Shown here: positions 20,482 to 29,456 of the stretch, piece by piece
How the letters are laid out: every line of letters begins with the position of its first letter
Numbering within the stretch: the first letter of the stretch is position 1
NCBI GenBank assembly: GCA_964530115.1
Contig: CAZGYD010000143.1
Coordinates: 46 to 64,045, forward strand
DNA length: 64,000 nt
From: an uncultured Rhodocyclaceae bacterium
GTDB lineage: Bacteria; Pseudomonadota; Gammaproteobacteria; Burkholderiales; Rhodocyclaceae
Direction of reading: 5' to 3'
Program-made: the position numbers and the translations under genes
Notes under the pieces: generated by a model
What the model was told of the DNA's origin: nothing
The model's database searches: none
Seen by the model: only the letters and a program-made list of their open reading frames with translations

Positions 20482-22566
20482 CTAGCGGAAATCGTAGCGG
20501 TAGGTCAGCATGACGCTGCGCGGCGCCGCGGCCGTGTAGGTGACCTTGCCGGCGGTGTCCTTCTTCACCTCGAAGGCGTAGCGATCATCGAACAGGTTGT
20601 CGGCGTTGAGCGTCAGCGAGTGCGGACCCCACTCGTAACCGACCGAGAGATTCGTCACCCATTCCCAGCCCGGATACTTCTCGGTGTTGGCGTTGTCTAG
20701 CCAGTATTCGCCCCAGCTGTTCGACGACAGCCGCACGCGCCAGCCGCCGCCCCGCCAGCCGACGAAGACGCCGTACTGGTGCTTCGGGATGAAGGGCAGC
20801 GCCTTGCCGGCACGGTCGACGTTGACCGTCGTGGTGCCGACGCGCACCGGCTCGGTGAAGTCTGTGTAGGTGTAGTCGGCGTAGCCGTAATGGCCGCCGA
20901 GTTCCCAGCCGCCGCCGAGCCCGAAGGCGCCGGCCAGCTCGAAGCCGAGCTTGCGGGTCTTGCCGGCGTTGAGATAGGTCGTCACGCCGCCGTTGCTCTG
21001 CTGGACGATCTCGTCGCGCACGTCGGTGCGATAGACGCTGGTGTCGAGCGTCCAGCCGGCACCGCGGCCCTTGAGACCGATCTCGTGGTTGCGCGCGACC
21101 GGTGCATCGAGCGATGGATTGGTCGAGATCTCCGAGCCCGAGGGAATCTGCCCGGCCTGCGCGACCATGGCGAAGACGTGGAACGCATCGCCGAGCCTGT
21201 AGCTCGCGGCGAGCTTCGGCGCCGGCAGGTTGAAGGTCTTTTCGAGCGAGGTGTCGCCGGCGCCGGCGACGTAGCGGCCGCTGGCGTAGTCGTAGCGCCA
21301 GATCTGGTGGTTGTTGTCCTTGAAACGGACGACGTCGTAGCGGCCGCCGACGTCGATGATCCAGCGGTCCGACGGCCGCCACGACTCCTGCAGATAGAGG
21401 CCGGTGAGGAGCGTCGACGAATCGTCGATCTCGGCGAGCGTGCCCTTCTCGTCCGAGCGCGTGGCGACGATGCGGCCGGCCACGAGCGTCACGTCGCGGT
21501 ACTGGTACTTGCGCGAATCGGGCTGGCGCTCCTGCCGCACGGTGATGCCGCCGACCAGCGAGCCGCCGGCATGCCGGTACTGGCCTTCGAGATCGGTCCC
21601 CAGGTTCCAGACCCAGCTGTTGCTCTCGTTGATCATGCCGGTGACCGGGTGATAGTGGTACCAGGTGTTGTAGTAGAGGCGCGGCTTGAAGGTGAAGTCG
21701 CCGCGCTGCATCTCGAGCTTGGAATTGAGGAACCAGACCTTCGAATAGCGGCCCGAATGCTTCCAGGCTTCGGAGGTGCCCGTCTGCTTGCCGGTCGCGA
21801 GGAACTGGTCGTAGAGCGTTCTGTCCATCACGCCCGGCAGCTGCACGTTGGCCTCGGCGTAGGACAGCTCGCTCTCGATGACATCGCCCGTTCCGAGGAT
21901 CAGGCCGTGCTTGAGCGACGTTTGCGTCGTGTCGAACTTGTTCCACCAGCGCCAGTCGTTGTCCATCCTGCGGTGGGTCGCGGTGATCGCGAGGGCCTGG
22001 TTGCCGGTGACGTTGCCGCCGTAGCGGAGGTGGTAGTTCTGCGTGTCCTCGTTGCCGTAGCCGATCCTGAGGTTGTTGGCGGTCTTGTCGAAAACGGACT
22101 TCGAGAAGATCTGGATCGCGCCGCCGGAACTGCCGGTGGCGAATAGGTTGCCCGGACCCTTGGCGACCTCGATGCGCTCGATGTCGAGCGTGTCGACGAA
22201 GTCGAGCCGCGTGAAGCTGTCCGGGTCGGTGAGCGGCACGCCGTCGCGCAGCACCATGATCTCGCGGATGCCGTAGGCCGCCTTGAGTCCCGCGCCGCGG
22301 ATGATCAGCCGCGCGTCGAAGCCGCCGTTCTTGCTGTCGATGAGCACGCCGGGGATTTCCTGCAGCGCCTCCTTGACGTTGAACATCTTCCGCTGGTCCA
22401 TCGTCTCCTTGCCGACGACGGAGATCGCCTGCGGCACTTCGGCGGTCGCGCGCGCCTCGCGCGTCGCCGTGACGCTGACATCCGACAGCACCTTCTCCTC
22501 GGCGCCTGCAGACAGTGTTGCGGCCGCGCCGATGAGGCCGGCCAGCGCTTTCCGCTTTCTCGACAC
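20482..22566 (-). CDS. TonB-dependent outer-membrane receptor
   Basis: The probable GTG start at 22566 (VSRKRKALAGLIGAAATLSAGA) is preceded by GGAGGAAAG. The plug motifs VSVTATRE and ALQEIPGV are present, and the C-terminus reads ...LTYRYDFR. Confidence 0.88.
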   Translation of the reverse strand: MSRKRKALAGLIGAAATLSAGAEEKVLSDVSVTATREARATAEVPQAISVVGKETMDQRKMFNVKEALQEIPGVLIDSKNGGFDARLIIRGAGLKAAYGIREIMVLRDGVPLTDPDSFTRLDFVDTLDIERIEVAKGPGNLFATGSSGGAIQIFSKSVFDKTANNLRIGYGNEDTQNYHLRYGGNVTGNQALAITATHRRMDNDWRWWNKFDTTQTSLKHGLILGTGDVIESELSYAEANVQLPGVMDRTLYDQFLATGKQTGTSEAWKHSGRYSKVWFLNSKLEMQRGDFTFKPRLYYNTWYHYHPVTGMINESNSWVWNLGTDLEGQYRHAGGSLVGGITVRQERQPDSRKYQYRDVTLVAGRIVATRSDEKGTLAEIDDSSTLLTGLYLQESWRPSDRWIIDVGGRYDVVRFKDNNHQIWRYDYASGRYVAGAGDTSLEKTFNLPAPKLAASYRLGDAFHVFAMVAQAGQIPSGSEISTNPSLDAPVARNHEIGLKGRGAGWTLDTSVYRTDVRDEIVQQSNGGVTTYLNAGKTRKLGFELAGAFGLGGGWELGGHYGYADYTYTDFTEPVRVGTTTVNVDRAGKALPFIPKHQYGVFVGWRGGGWRVRLSSNSWGEYWLDNANTEKYPGWEWVTNLSVGYEWGPHSLTLNADNLFDDRYAFEVKKDTAGKVTYTAAAPRSVMLTYRYDFR

Positions 22567-22643
22567 GATGTCTTTCCTCCCCTGAAACGAGCGGTGCGAG
22601 TCTAGGGCGGGGGACGATGCCGGGCCTGCGACCCGCGGTCGCA

Positions 22644-22660
22644 TGCGACAACGTGTCGCG
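22644..22660. promoter_or_regulatory. Palindromic operator candidate, TGCGACA-acg-TGTCGCG
   Basis: The core arms GCGACA/TGTCGC are 6 bp. The site lies 78 nt upstream of the second TonB-dependent receptor start (22566). Confidence 0.55.
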
Positions 22661-22710
22661 CCGCGCCCGGGGGCCTGCGCGGCGTGGAATGGAAACGATC
22701 CGTCGATACC

Positions 22711-22733
22711 GGCGTATTACGACGGCTGAGTTT
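22711..22733 (+). repeat. 23-nt dispersed motif copy (22/23)
   Basis: GGCGTATTACGACGGCTGAGTTT. It is intergenic, followed by a REP-like hairpin. Confidence 0.92.
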
Positions 22734-22777
22734 CAGGCCGACGGGCGCAGGCCCCATGGCGGCCCCGGGCAAGGCAA

Positions 22778-22800
22778 GGGACGGGGCTATTGCCCCACGG
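22778..22800 (+). repeat. REP-like hairpin unit
   Basis: GGGACGGGGCTATTGCCCCACGG. It is intergenic, downstream of a 23-nt motif copy. Confidence 0.55.
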
Positions 22801-22802
22801 TT

Positions 22803-24827
22803 TCACTCGAACCGCAGCGGATCGGCGAGAAGCGGCGAATAGTCCGGGTTGTAGGTGCCGCCGGCGGTGTAGGGCTTGTCCTCGTCGATGAGGGTCTTCG
22901 CGTTGCCGAGACGGTAATCCATCGAGGTCGGGTCATCGAGATGCACCGGCCGCTCGGTGATCACCTCGCCGGTCTGCCAGGCGCTGCCGTCGAGGCGCGT
23001 GAAGGCCTGCCGCGGTGTGCGGAAGTAGCGGAAGGTGACCGGCGTTTCGGGGAACACGTCCTTGCCGAGCGTATAGCTTTGCGTGGCCACGACCTGGCGG
23101 TAGCGGCGCGCGGCCGCAAGCGCATCCTTCGCCGGCGGGAACAGCAGCGCCGCCTCCAAGCTGCCGTCGGCGCGCAGATGCGCGCGCCGCGCGGTGAATT
23201 CGCGCATCAGTCTCTGCCGCAGTGCCTGGCCGGCCTGAAACGCTTCGGCGCTCGAGGTGTCGAGTACGGCCGGCCAGGCGGCGCTGTAGCCGTCCGCCGG
23301 AACGATGCGCGTCGCGAAGTGGCGGTTCATCGCCTCGGGCATGTCGCCGTAGAGGCTCGCGCCGACGACCGTCTCGAGGAAGTGGCGTAATTCGCCGCGG
23401 TTCATGCGCCGGTTGATGGGGTCGCCCATCGTGGCGCGTCCCGGTGTCGCCTCGGCCGTCGCCGCGCGGTCGGCGCGGTAGCCGAGATAGTCCATCTCCT
23501 TCCAGCCGGCGGCACCCGCGAACTTTCGCGGCAGCGACCAGGTGCTGTCGACGGTGTTGCCGGTGCCGGACGTGAACGTGGGGAATTCGCTCCGGCGCAC
23601 GGCGCTGTGGCAGCCGAGGCATTGCATCAGCTCCTCGCGCTTCTGCGGCCGCAGCACGCCTTGGGCGTCCTCGATCCAGCCGGCGAGATACCAGCCGGCA
23701 CCGTTGTCGATCCAGCCCTGGGCGTCATTGCCGTAGATCGAACGGCCCTCCTCCTTGTCGCCCGGGCGGAACTGGGCGTGCCGGAAGTCCCACCATTTGT
23801 ACAGGTAGCGGATTTCCTTGACCCGGCGGGCGCGGGTGCCGGGGAAGGGGCTTGGCGCAGCATCGGTGCCGTCGGCGCCGACATCGACGTAGTGCAGCGG
23901 ATGGGCGAATTCGGTGCCGACCGGATAGACACCTTTCTCCAGCGGCACGTCCTTCGCGCCGCCGAGATAGGTCTTGCCGTCTTCCGCCGCGAGCCGGTTC
24001 TGGATGGCCTTTTCGAGCAGCTCGAGATTGGCGGCGTAGGTCGCGAGGTCGTAGCGGCCATCCTCGGTCTTCATGAAGGCCGAGGGCAGCCGAACGTAGA
24101 TGCCGGAGACCGAGCCCGTCATGGGCGTGAAGATGCCGTAGGGCATGAAGTTGATCGCGCGCCAGCCGGTGATCCAGCGATCGCCGTCCTTGAAGAACCC
24201 GTTGGCCTCGCGCGCCGAGCGCACGAAGCCGTCGGCCCCGGCCGGCAGGTCGGCCGGATCGAGGCCGGGAAAGAGCCGCCAGTCGCCCGTGCCGCCTTCC
24301 CAGCGGCGAGGATCACCCTTGCGCTTCGCAAAGGCGGGCGCCCAGTTGTCCTCGCGGATCCACGCGGCCATGTCCCAGGCCGCCGGGTCCTGGCCGAGCG
24401 CCCTGACGCGGGCGAGGAGCTTTTCTGGAAAGAGCGTGTTCTCCCAGCGGTTGAGGGTCGCGAGCGGCGCCGTGGTGTCGAGCGGCGCGAAGCTGTAGTC
24501 GGTCTGGAGGTTGCCGATGTTGTCGGCGAGTCCGGCCTGCGGGTTGTTGCCCATGCCCTCGAGATAAAGGCCGTTGTTGTGGCAGTACTGGCAGGCGTTC
24601 TGCGTGCCGGCCGAAGTCTCGATGTAGCACTGGGCGGGGACGTGGGCGTAGGGGTTGGAAAACGCGAGCGGGCTGACGCGGTCGCCGGCGAGCGAGGCGG
24701 GCGCAGCCGTCTCGCCCGCCTCGGCCACCGCGCCGCCCCCGCCGCTGCCGCAGCCGAACAGCGCGGCCGCGAGCCCGCCGGCGGCAGCGAGGACCGTCAT
24801 GGCGACGCCCGGAAATCGGAAACGCAT
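22803..24827 (-). CDS. Hypothetical lipoprotein with two CXXCH heme-c motifs
   Basis: The start MRFRFPGVAMTVLAAAGGLAAALFGCGSG is at 24827 with a lipobox. The motifs CQYCH and CLGCH are about 330 residues apart. I do not recognise the family. Confidence 0.6.
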   Translation of the reverse strand: MRFRFPGVAMTVLAAAGGLAAALFGCGSGGGGAVAEAGETAAPASLAGDRVSPLAFSNPYAHVPAQCYIETSAGTQNACQYCHNNGLYLEGMGNNPQAGLADNIGNLQTDYSFAPLDTTAPLATLNRWENTLFPEKLLARVRALGQDPAAWDMAAWIREDNWAPAFAKRKGDPRRWEGGTGDWRLFPGLDPADLPAGADGFVRSAREANGFFKDGDRWITGWRAINFMPYGIFTPMTGSVSGIYVRLPSAFMKTEDGRYDLATYAANLELLEKAIQNRLAAEDGKTYLGGAKDVPLEKGVYPVGTEFAHPLHYVDVGADGTDAAPSPFPGTRARRVKEIRYLYKWWDFRHAQFRPGDKEEGRSIYGNDAQGWIDNGAGWYLAGWIEDAQGVLRPQKREELMQCLGCHSAVRRSEFPTFTSGTGNTVDSTWSLPRKFAGAAGWKEMDYLGYRADRAATAEATPGRATMGDPINRRMNRGELRHFLETVVGASLYGDMPEAMNRHFATRIVPADGYSAAWPAVLDTSSAEAFQAGQALRQRLMREFTARRAHLRADGSLEAALLFPPAKDALAAARRYRQVVATQSYTLGKDVFPETPVTFRYFRTPRQAFTRLDGSAWQTGEVITERPVHLDDPTSMDYRLGNAKTLIDEDKPYTAGGTYNPDYSPLLADPLRFE

Positions 24828-24898
24828 CGAACTTCCCTCGCGTGAACGGGAAAAACCGCAGACCGGGGATGCCCGGCCTGCGGCGTTCTTCGGCAAGC

Positions 24899-26770
24899 TT
24901 ACTTGATGCCCGGCAGGCCGCCGATATAGCCGACTGGCGCGTGGAAGCGGTCGATCTTCGACAGCAGCTGCGCCTTGAGGTCCGCCGGCACGCTGCCGGG
25001 CAGATCGCCCCAGTGCTGGGAGTTGCTCATGATGTAGGCGTGGCCGTTGAGGTTGTCGATCACCTGCAGCCCCGTATGCTCGGCACCGGCGACGGCGCTG
25101 AGAACGCGCGTCAGCTTCTTCGTATCGACGTTGTAGGCCCAGAGGAAGTTGTTGACGTGCATGCCCGAGTCCTCACCGATGAAGAGCGTGCGCATCTTCT
25201 CCGAGAAGAACAGGTTGTCCGGGTTGGCGATCTTCTTCGGGTTGGCCGTGTTGCCCTGGGCGTCCTTGGCGATGTCCTCGCCGAGCAGCGCGGACTCGAC
25301 GTACATCTTGGTCGCCACATAATCCGAAGCGATCGCCTCGCCGCCGTTGGCCGTCTTCTGGCCGCCCGAAAGCTCGGCCGTGTAGGTCGCCCCGGCGGAC
25401 AGTTTCGCCAGCTTGATGTGGTCGGCCGGCTCGTTGGTCATGCTGGTCATGCTGTCGCGGATCGAGGACATGGCGATGTAGATCTTCTTGTCCTTGGCGT
25501 TGAAGGCGATGCCTTCCATCTTGGTGAATTCCGTCGTCGCGCCGACGATCGCGGCGTAGCGGCGGGTTTCGAGGAAGGCGGCGGCCTTCTCCATGCCCGG
25601 CTTCACCGCCAGGCACTCGTCGGCCGTCGACCCGGCGCGCACGCGCACGTGCGTCGCCGGGCAGGCACCGGCCGAGGGCGCCACGGCATCGAAGATGTCG
25701 GTGAAGGTGACGCCGCTGTCGATGATGGCCTTGATCTCGGCGTCGGTGGCGTGCCCCAGCTTGTACCAGGTCAGGTCGGCGGCGCCGCCGCCCGTCGCCG
25801 AAGTCTGGTTCCACTTCGCCGCGTAGAGCGTGCCGGCCGAAAGATCGCGCGCCTTGTCGGCGACGAACATCGTCATCAGGCCATGGGTGCCGTCATCGCC
25901 GAAGTAGGCGGTCTTCTCGTCGGCCAGGACCTTGGCCTGCTCCCAGGTACCGCGACCCATCGCGTAATGCTTGACGACGGTGGTCGTGCCGTCCTTGCCG
26001 ACCGTGACTTCGGGGATGAAGCCATAGTGGTAGGGGTTGGCGGTCCTGGTGTTCTTCCAGTAGAGCTCGGTCATCGCCTTGATGCCGGCGGTCGTGGTGC
26101 TATAGCCGCTGGTCAGCGGGTTGTATTGCAGGTCGTAGTCTTCTTCCGAGCCGAGGTGGGTGTTCCACGGCGTCTGCGAGCCGAAGCAGTTGATCCAAGT
26201 GCCATTGACGGAGGAGAAGTCGATCGGCCGCTGCGACTTGACCGAGAGCGCCCCGCCGTTACCCTGCGTCAGGCCGGTGAGCACCATGCCGGTCGGCGTG
26301 CGCGTATACCAGCCCGGCGTCGTCCAGGCTTCGGAACCGTCCGAGAGCAGCCAGTCATACTCGAAATGGGTGACGAGGAACAGATTGCCGTCGACCACGA
26401 GCAGGCTGTTGGCATCGGGGGTTTCCAAAACGACCGGCTTGCCGGCGGGATCCATCAGCGGCGTCATCGTGTGATCGTAGGCCTGCCCCGCCGGATTCGC
26501 GTTGCCGCCGACCTTGTCCTTGACACCAAACAACGTGTAGTAAGTCAGCGGATATTCCTTCTTGGCGCCGGTGTCGAAGGTCACCACTGCCTTGGCCATG
26601 ATCTTGGTCGTCGCCATGTCGTCGGCCGTCGTCGGCGTGTCGGAAGTCTCGACGAACTCGACCGACTTGATCTTCGCGTCCTCGATGTTGCCCGAGCCGC
26701 CGCAAGCAGCCGCGGCGGCACCGACGCAGAGCGCCGCGCCGACCGCGCGGGAAATCGCTGTCTTCTTCAT
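24899..26770 (-). CDS. PhoX-like (DUF839) beta-propeller lipoprotein
   Basis: The start MKKTAISRAVGAALCVGAAAAACGG is at 26770. The sequence WINCFGSQTPWNTHLGSEEDYD resembles the PhoX NCxGGxTPWGT..EE motif, and the C-terminus contains NPDNLFFSE...FIGEDSG. Confidence 0.6.
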   Translation of the reverse strand: MKKTAISRAVGAALCVGAAAAACGGSGNIEDAKIKSVEFVETSDTPTTADDMATTKIMAKAVVTFDTGAKKEYPLTYYTLFGVKDKVGGNANPAGQAYDHTMTPLMDPAGKPVVLETPDANSLLVVDGNLFLVTHFEYDWLLSDGSEAWTTPGWYTRTPTGMVLTGLTQGNGGALSVKSQRPIDFSSVNGTWINCFGSQTPWNTHLGSEEDYDLQYNPLTSGYSTTTAGIKAMTELYWKNTRTANPYHYGFIPEVTVGKDGTTTVVKHYAMGRGTWEQAKVLADEKTAYFGDDGTHGLMTMFVADKARDLSAGTLYAAKWNQTSATGGGAADLTWYKLGHATDAEIKAIIDSGVTFTDIFDAVAPSAGACPATHVRVRAGSTADECLAVKPGMEKAAAFLETRRYAAIVGATTEFTKMEGIAFNAKDKKIYIAMSSIRDSMTSMTNEPADHIKLAKLSAGATYTAELSGGQKTANGGEAIASDYVATKMYVESALLGEDIAKDAQGNTANPKKIANPDNLFFSEKMRTLFIGEDSGMHVNNFLWAYNVDTKKLTRVLSAVAGAEHTGLQVIDNLNGHAYIMSNSQHWGDLPGSVPADLKAQLLSKIDRFHAPVGYIGGLPGIK

Positions 26771-26906
26771 GGGGGTCTCCGTAGGAATGAAAATCGCGCG
26801 CCCGTAGGCTCGGCCGCGATTCTTGCCGCGGAGTATTTCAGGGCGTTGACGGACGGGTGACGCGCGAACCGTGGCGCCGAAGACGCCCCGCATCCGCCAG
26901 GGCCCC

Positions 26907-27323
26907 TCAGTGCGCCGCCGGCTCGGTGACGAAGGCGATCTTGACGATGCCGGCCCGCTGGGCCGCGGCCATCACTTCGGCGACACGCTCGTAGCGGGTG
27001 CCGCGGTCGGCGCGCAGGTGCAGCTCGGGACTGCCGGCGCGCGCGGCCTCGAGGTGCGCGGGCAAGGCGGCGGTGTCGATGGCCTCGCCGTTCCAAAAGA
27101 GCTGCCCCTGCGCATCGATGGCGACCTGGATCACCGCCGGCTTGTCGTCGAGCTTCGTCGCATCGACCCGCGGCAGGTCGATGGGCACCGCCTGATGGAA
27201 GAGCGGCGTGGTGATGATGAAGATCACCAAGAGCACGAGCATCACGTCGACGAGCGGCGTGGTGTTGATCTCGGCCATCGGCTGGACGGGACCGTCCTCG
27301 TTGAAGGAGCCGAAGGCCATCAT
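26907..27323 (-). CDS. exbD: Biopolymer transport protein ExbD/TolR
   Basis: The 138-aa product has INTTPLVDVMLVLLVIFIITTP, the typical single TM segment of the ExbD family. It overlaps the exbB stop. Confidence 0.88.
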   Translation of the reverse strand: MMAFGSFNEDGPVQPMAEINTTPLVDVMLVLLVIFIITTPLFHQAVPIDLPRVDATKLDDKPAVIQVAIDAQGQLFWNGEAIDTAALPAHLEAARAGSPELHLRADRGTRYERVAEVMAAAQRAGIVKIAFVTEPAAH

Positions 27324-28021
27324 GCCCTCCCGGCGCCAACGGGGCTCTTCGCGCCGGTGGTCAGGAAGGCGTGCAGGTCATGGGCGAAGCCGTCGAGCTG
27401 CACGAGGACGATGCGGTTGCCGCGCACCAGCGCGTTGTAGGCGAGCACCGCGGGGATGGCGACGAACAGGCCGCCCGCGGTCATGATCAGCGCCTCGCCG
27501 ACCGGCCCGGCCACCTTGTCGAGTACGACCTGCGTCGCGCCCGAGAGGCCGACCAGCGCGTGATAGATGCCCCAGACGGTGCCGAAGAGGCCGATGAACG
27601 GCGCGGTCGAACCGACCGAGGCGAGGAAGGTCAGCCCGCGCTCGATGCCAGCCTGGGTCTGGACGATCTGCGTGCGCAGCGCGCGGGTGACGAAGTCACT
27701 GTGATCGACGTCGGCACCAATGCCACGGGCGCCGTTACGGGCGAGCGACGCCTGCGCCTGCGCGCCGGCCACCGCCAGCCGGGCGAACACGCCGCTCCTG
27801 TCGGCGGCCCTCAACGCCTCGATGCCCTGGGAGAGACTTTCCGCGGACCAGAAGGCGTTCATCGCCCGCTCGTAGCAACGACTCGTCTTCCATTGCCAGC
27901 TGCCCCGGCCGAGGATCACCATCCAGGAGCCGACCGACAGCAGCAAGAGCAGGATGGCCACCGCGTGGGTGACGAAGTCGCCCTGCGACCAGAAGTGGGC
28001 GAGACCCAGTTTCGAAGGCAT
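27320..28021 (-). CDS. exbB: MotA/TolQ/ExbB proton-channel protein
   Basis: The start MPSKLGLAHFW is at 28021. The conserved sequence LASVGSTAPFIGLFGTVWGI...GEALIMTAGGLFVAIPAVLAYN is present. Confidence 0.88.
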   Translation of the reverse strand: MPSKLGLAHFWSQGDFVTHAVAILLLLLSVGSWMVILGRGSWQWKTSRCYERAMNAFWSAESLSQGIEALRAADRSGVFARLAVAGAQAQASLARNGARGIGADVDHSDFVTRALRTQIVQTQAGIERGLTFLASVGSTAPFIGLFGTVWGIYHALVGLSGATQVVLDKVAGPVGEALIMTAGGLFVAIPAVLAYNALVRGNRIVLVQLDGFAHDLHAFLTTGAKSPVGAGRA

Positions 28022-28031
28022 GCCAAGACTC

Positions 28032-28718
28032 CTACGACGCGTGCAATGAAAAGACGATGGGCACGGACACCCAGGATTCGATCGGCTCGTCGCCGCGGCG
28101 CGCGGGCACGAAGTGCCACTGCTCGACCGCGGCCCGGGCCGCCTCGTCGAGGCGCGCGAAGCCGCTCGACTGCCGGATCTCCACCGCCAGCGGCGTGCCA
28201 CCGCGGCTGACTTTCACGCGCAGGACGACCTTGCCCTCCTCGCCGAGCCGGCGCGAGGCGACGGGATAGGCCGGCTTGGGATTCGAGAGGTAATCGGCGT
28301 CGAAGCGGGCTTCGGTCACCGGCGGCGGCGCGGGCGGCGGCACGGCCTCGATCGGCGGTGGCGCCGGCGGTGCGGGCGGCTGGGGCGGCACGGTGAAGGC
28401 CGGGACGGCCAATGGCGTTTCCGCCGCCGCCAGCACCGGCAAAGGCGGCGGCTCCTGCGGCATGAGCTTGCGCACCGGCTGGGGCCGCGCGGGCGGCGGA
28501 GGCGGCATCGGCGCTTCCGCCTTCGGTTCCGGTTTGGACAGTTCCACCAGTCTGACCATGACTTCCGTCGCCGCCTGGCGGACCTCCGGTCGGGTCGCCA
28601 GCTCCGCGGCCAACCACAGGACGCCCAGGTGGGCAGCGAACACGATGGTGAAACGGAGCGCCCGCCGGCCGACGGGCTCGGTGGGCGCGAACGGGTCGAG
28701 CGGTGGCAGCGCGGACAT
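28032..28718 (-). CDS. tonB: Energy transducer TonB
   Basis: The start MSALPP is at 28718. The product has an N-terminal TM segment, a Pro-rich linker (PPPPPARPQP...PPAPPAPPP) and a C-terminal TonB domain (YPVASRRLGEEGKVVLRV...). Confidence 0.88.
   Translation of the reverse strand: MSALPPLDPFAPTEPVGRRALRFTIVFAAHLGVLWLAAELATRPEVRQAATEVMVRLVELSKPEPKAEAPMPPPPPARPQPVRKLMPQEPPPLPVLAAAETPLAVPAFTVPPQPPAPPAPPPIEAVPPPAPPPVTEARFDADYLSNPKPAYPVASRRLGEEGKVVLRVKVSRGGTPLAVEIRQSSGFARLDEAARAAVEQWHFVPARRGDEPIESWVSVPIVFSLHAS
28192..28214 (+). repeat. 23-nt dispersed motif copy (CC variant, 21/23)
   Basis: GGCGTGCCACCGCGGCTGACTTT. It lies inside the tonB C-terminal domain and encodes KVSRGGTPL. Confidence 0.7.
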
Positions 28719-28781
28719 CGTCACGACAGGTTTCCGTCCAGAGCAGGACCGGCATTGTCGGAGATTCCGCGCCTGCGCACC

Positions 28782-28797
28782 TGCGACAATTTGTCGC
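28782..28797. promoter_or_regulatory. Palindromic operator candidate, TGCGACA-att-TGTCGC
   Basis: The site lies in the divergent region, 64 nt from the tonB ATG (28718) and 61 nt from the first plus-strand ORF (28858). Confidence 0.55.
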
Positions 28798-28857
28798 TTC
28801 CCCGTGCCGCGCCAATGACTATGATTCACCGCAGAGATCGACAGAAAGGCCGCCGCC

Positions 28858-29052
28858 ATGGACACGCAAGCCAAGACCGATGCCGCGAGCCGGGAGACCG
28901 AAGGCTCCGAACTGCCGGCGCTCCTATTGGGGGCCGGATTCGCGCTGGCCTCGCTCATTCTCCTGCCTGCCGTCGCGCAACGTGTCGGCCTAGGCTCCAG
29001 CCTGACCATCGCCCTGCGCGGCGCCCTGATGCGAGCCGCCAACCGGGTCTGA
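28858..29052 (+). CDS. Hypothetical small membrane protein (speculative)
   Basis: The 64-aa ORF has one hydrophobic segment, LPALLLGAGFALASLILLPAV. It is the first ORF of the plus-strand unit divergent from tonB. Confidence 0.3.
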   Translation: MDTQAKTDAASRETEGSELPALLLGAGFALASLILLPAVAQRVGLGSSLTIALRGALMRAANRV

Positions 29053-29111
29053 GAAATCCACGGTAAAGTAGCTTCCCGCCGCACCATCGTGCCGGGGCGG
29101 CAAGCCAGTCG

Positions 29112-29456
29112 TTGCCGCCATCCATGAGTATCCGTCCTTCCGCGTCGGCTGCCGCAGTGCTCGGCCTGCTCGTCGCCGCCTTCGCCGCGACCTGGGTCGA
29201 TGCGCGCATGCTTGCCCTTGCGCGTGCCGCCGACCTCGAGGCGATGCGCGTGCTCGCCGGGCGCCTCGGGCTGACCGACATCGCCCTGTTCACGGAAGCG
29301 CGCTACACGCGCCACCCGAGCCAGGCCGATCTGCATTCGGCCTTCCAGGACCACCCGGTCGCACTCGAACACTTTCCCAGCGGCTCGCTGATCCTGCCGC
29401 GCGAGGCCGATCCCCGACGCGCCACACCCTGGAATATTGCGGAGGATCGCCCATGA
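29112..29456 (+). CDS. Hypothetical exported protein
   Basis: The 114-aa product has a signal-like N-terminus, SAAAVLGLLVAAFAA. Its stop overlaps the start of the ABC permease gene (ATGA). Confidence 0.45.
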   Translation: MPPSMSIRPSASAAAVLGLLVAAFAATWVDARMLALARAADLEAMRVLAGRLGLTDIALFTEARYTRHPSQADLHSAFQDHPVALEHFPSGSLILPREADPRRATPWNIAEDRP

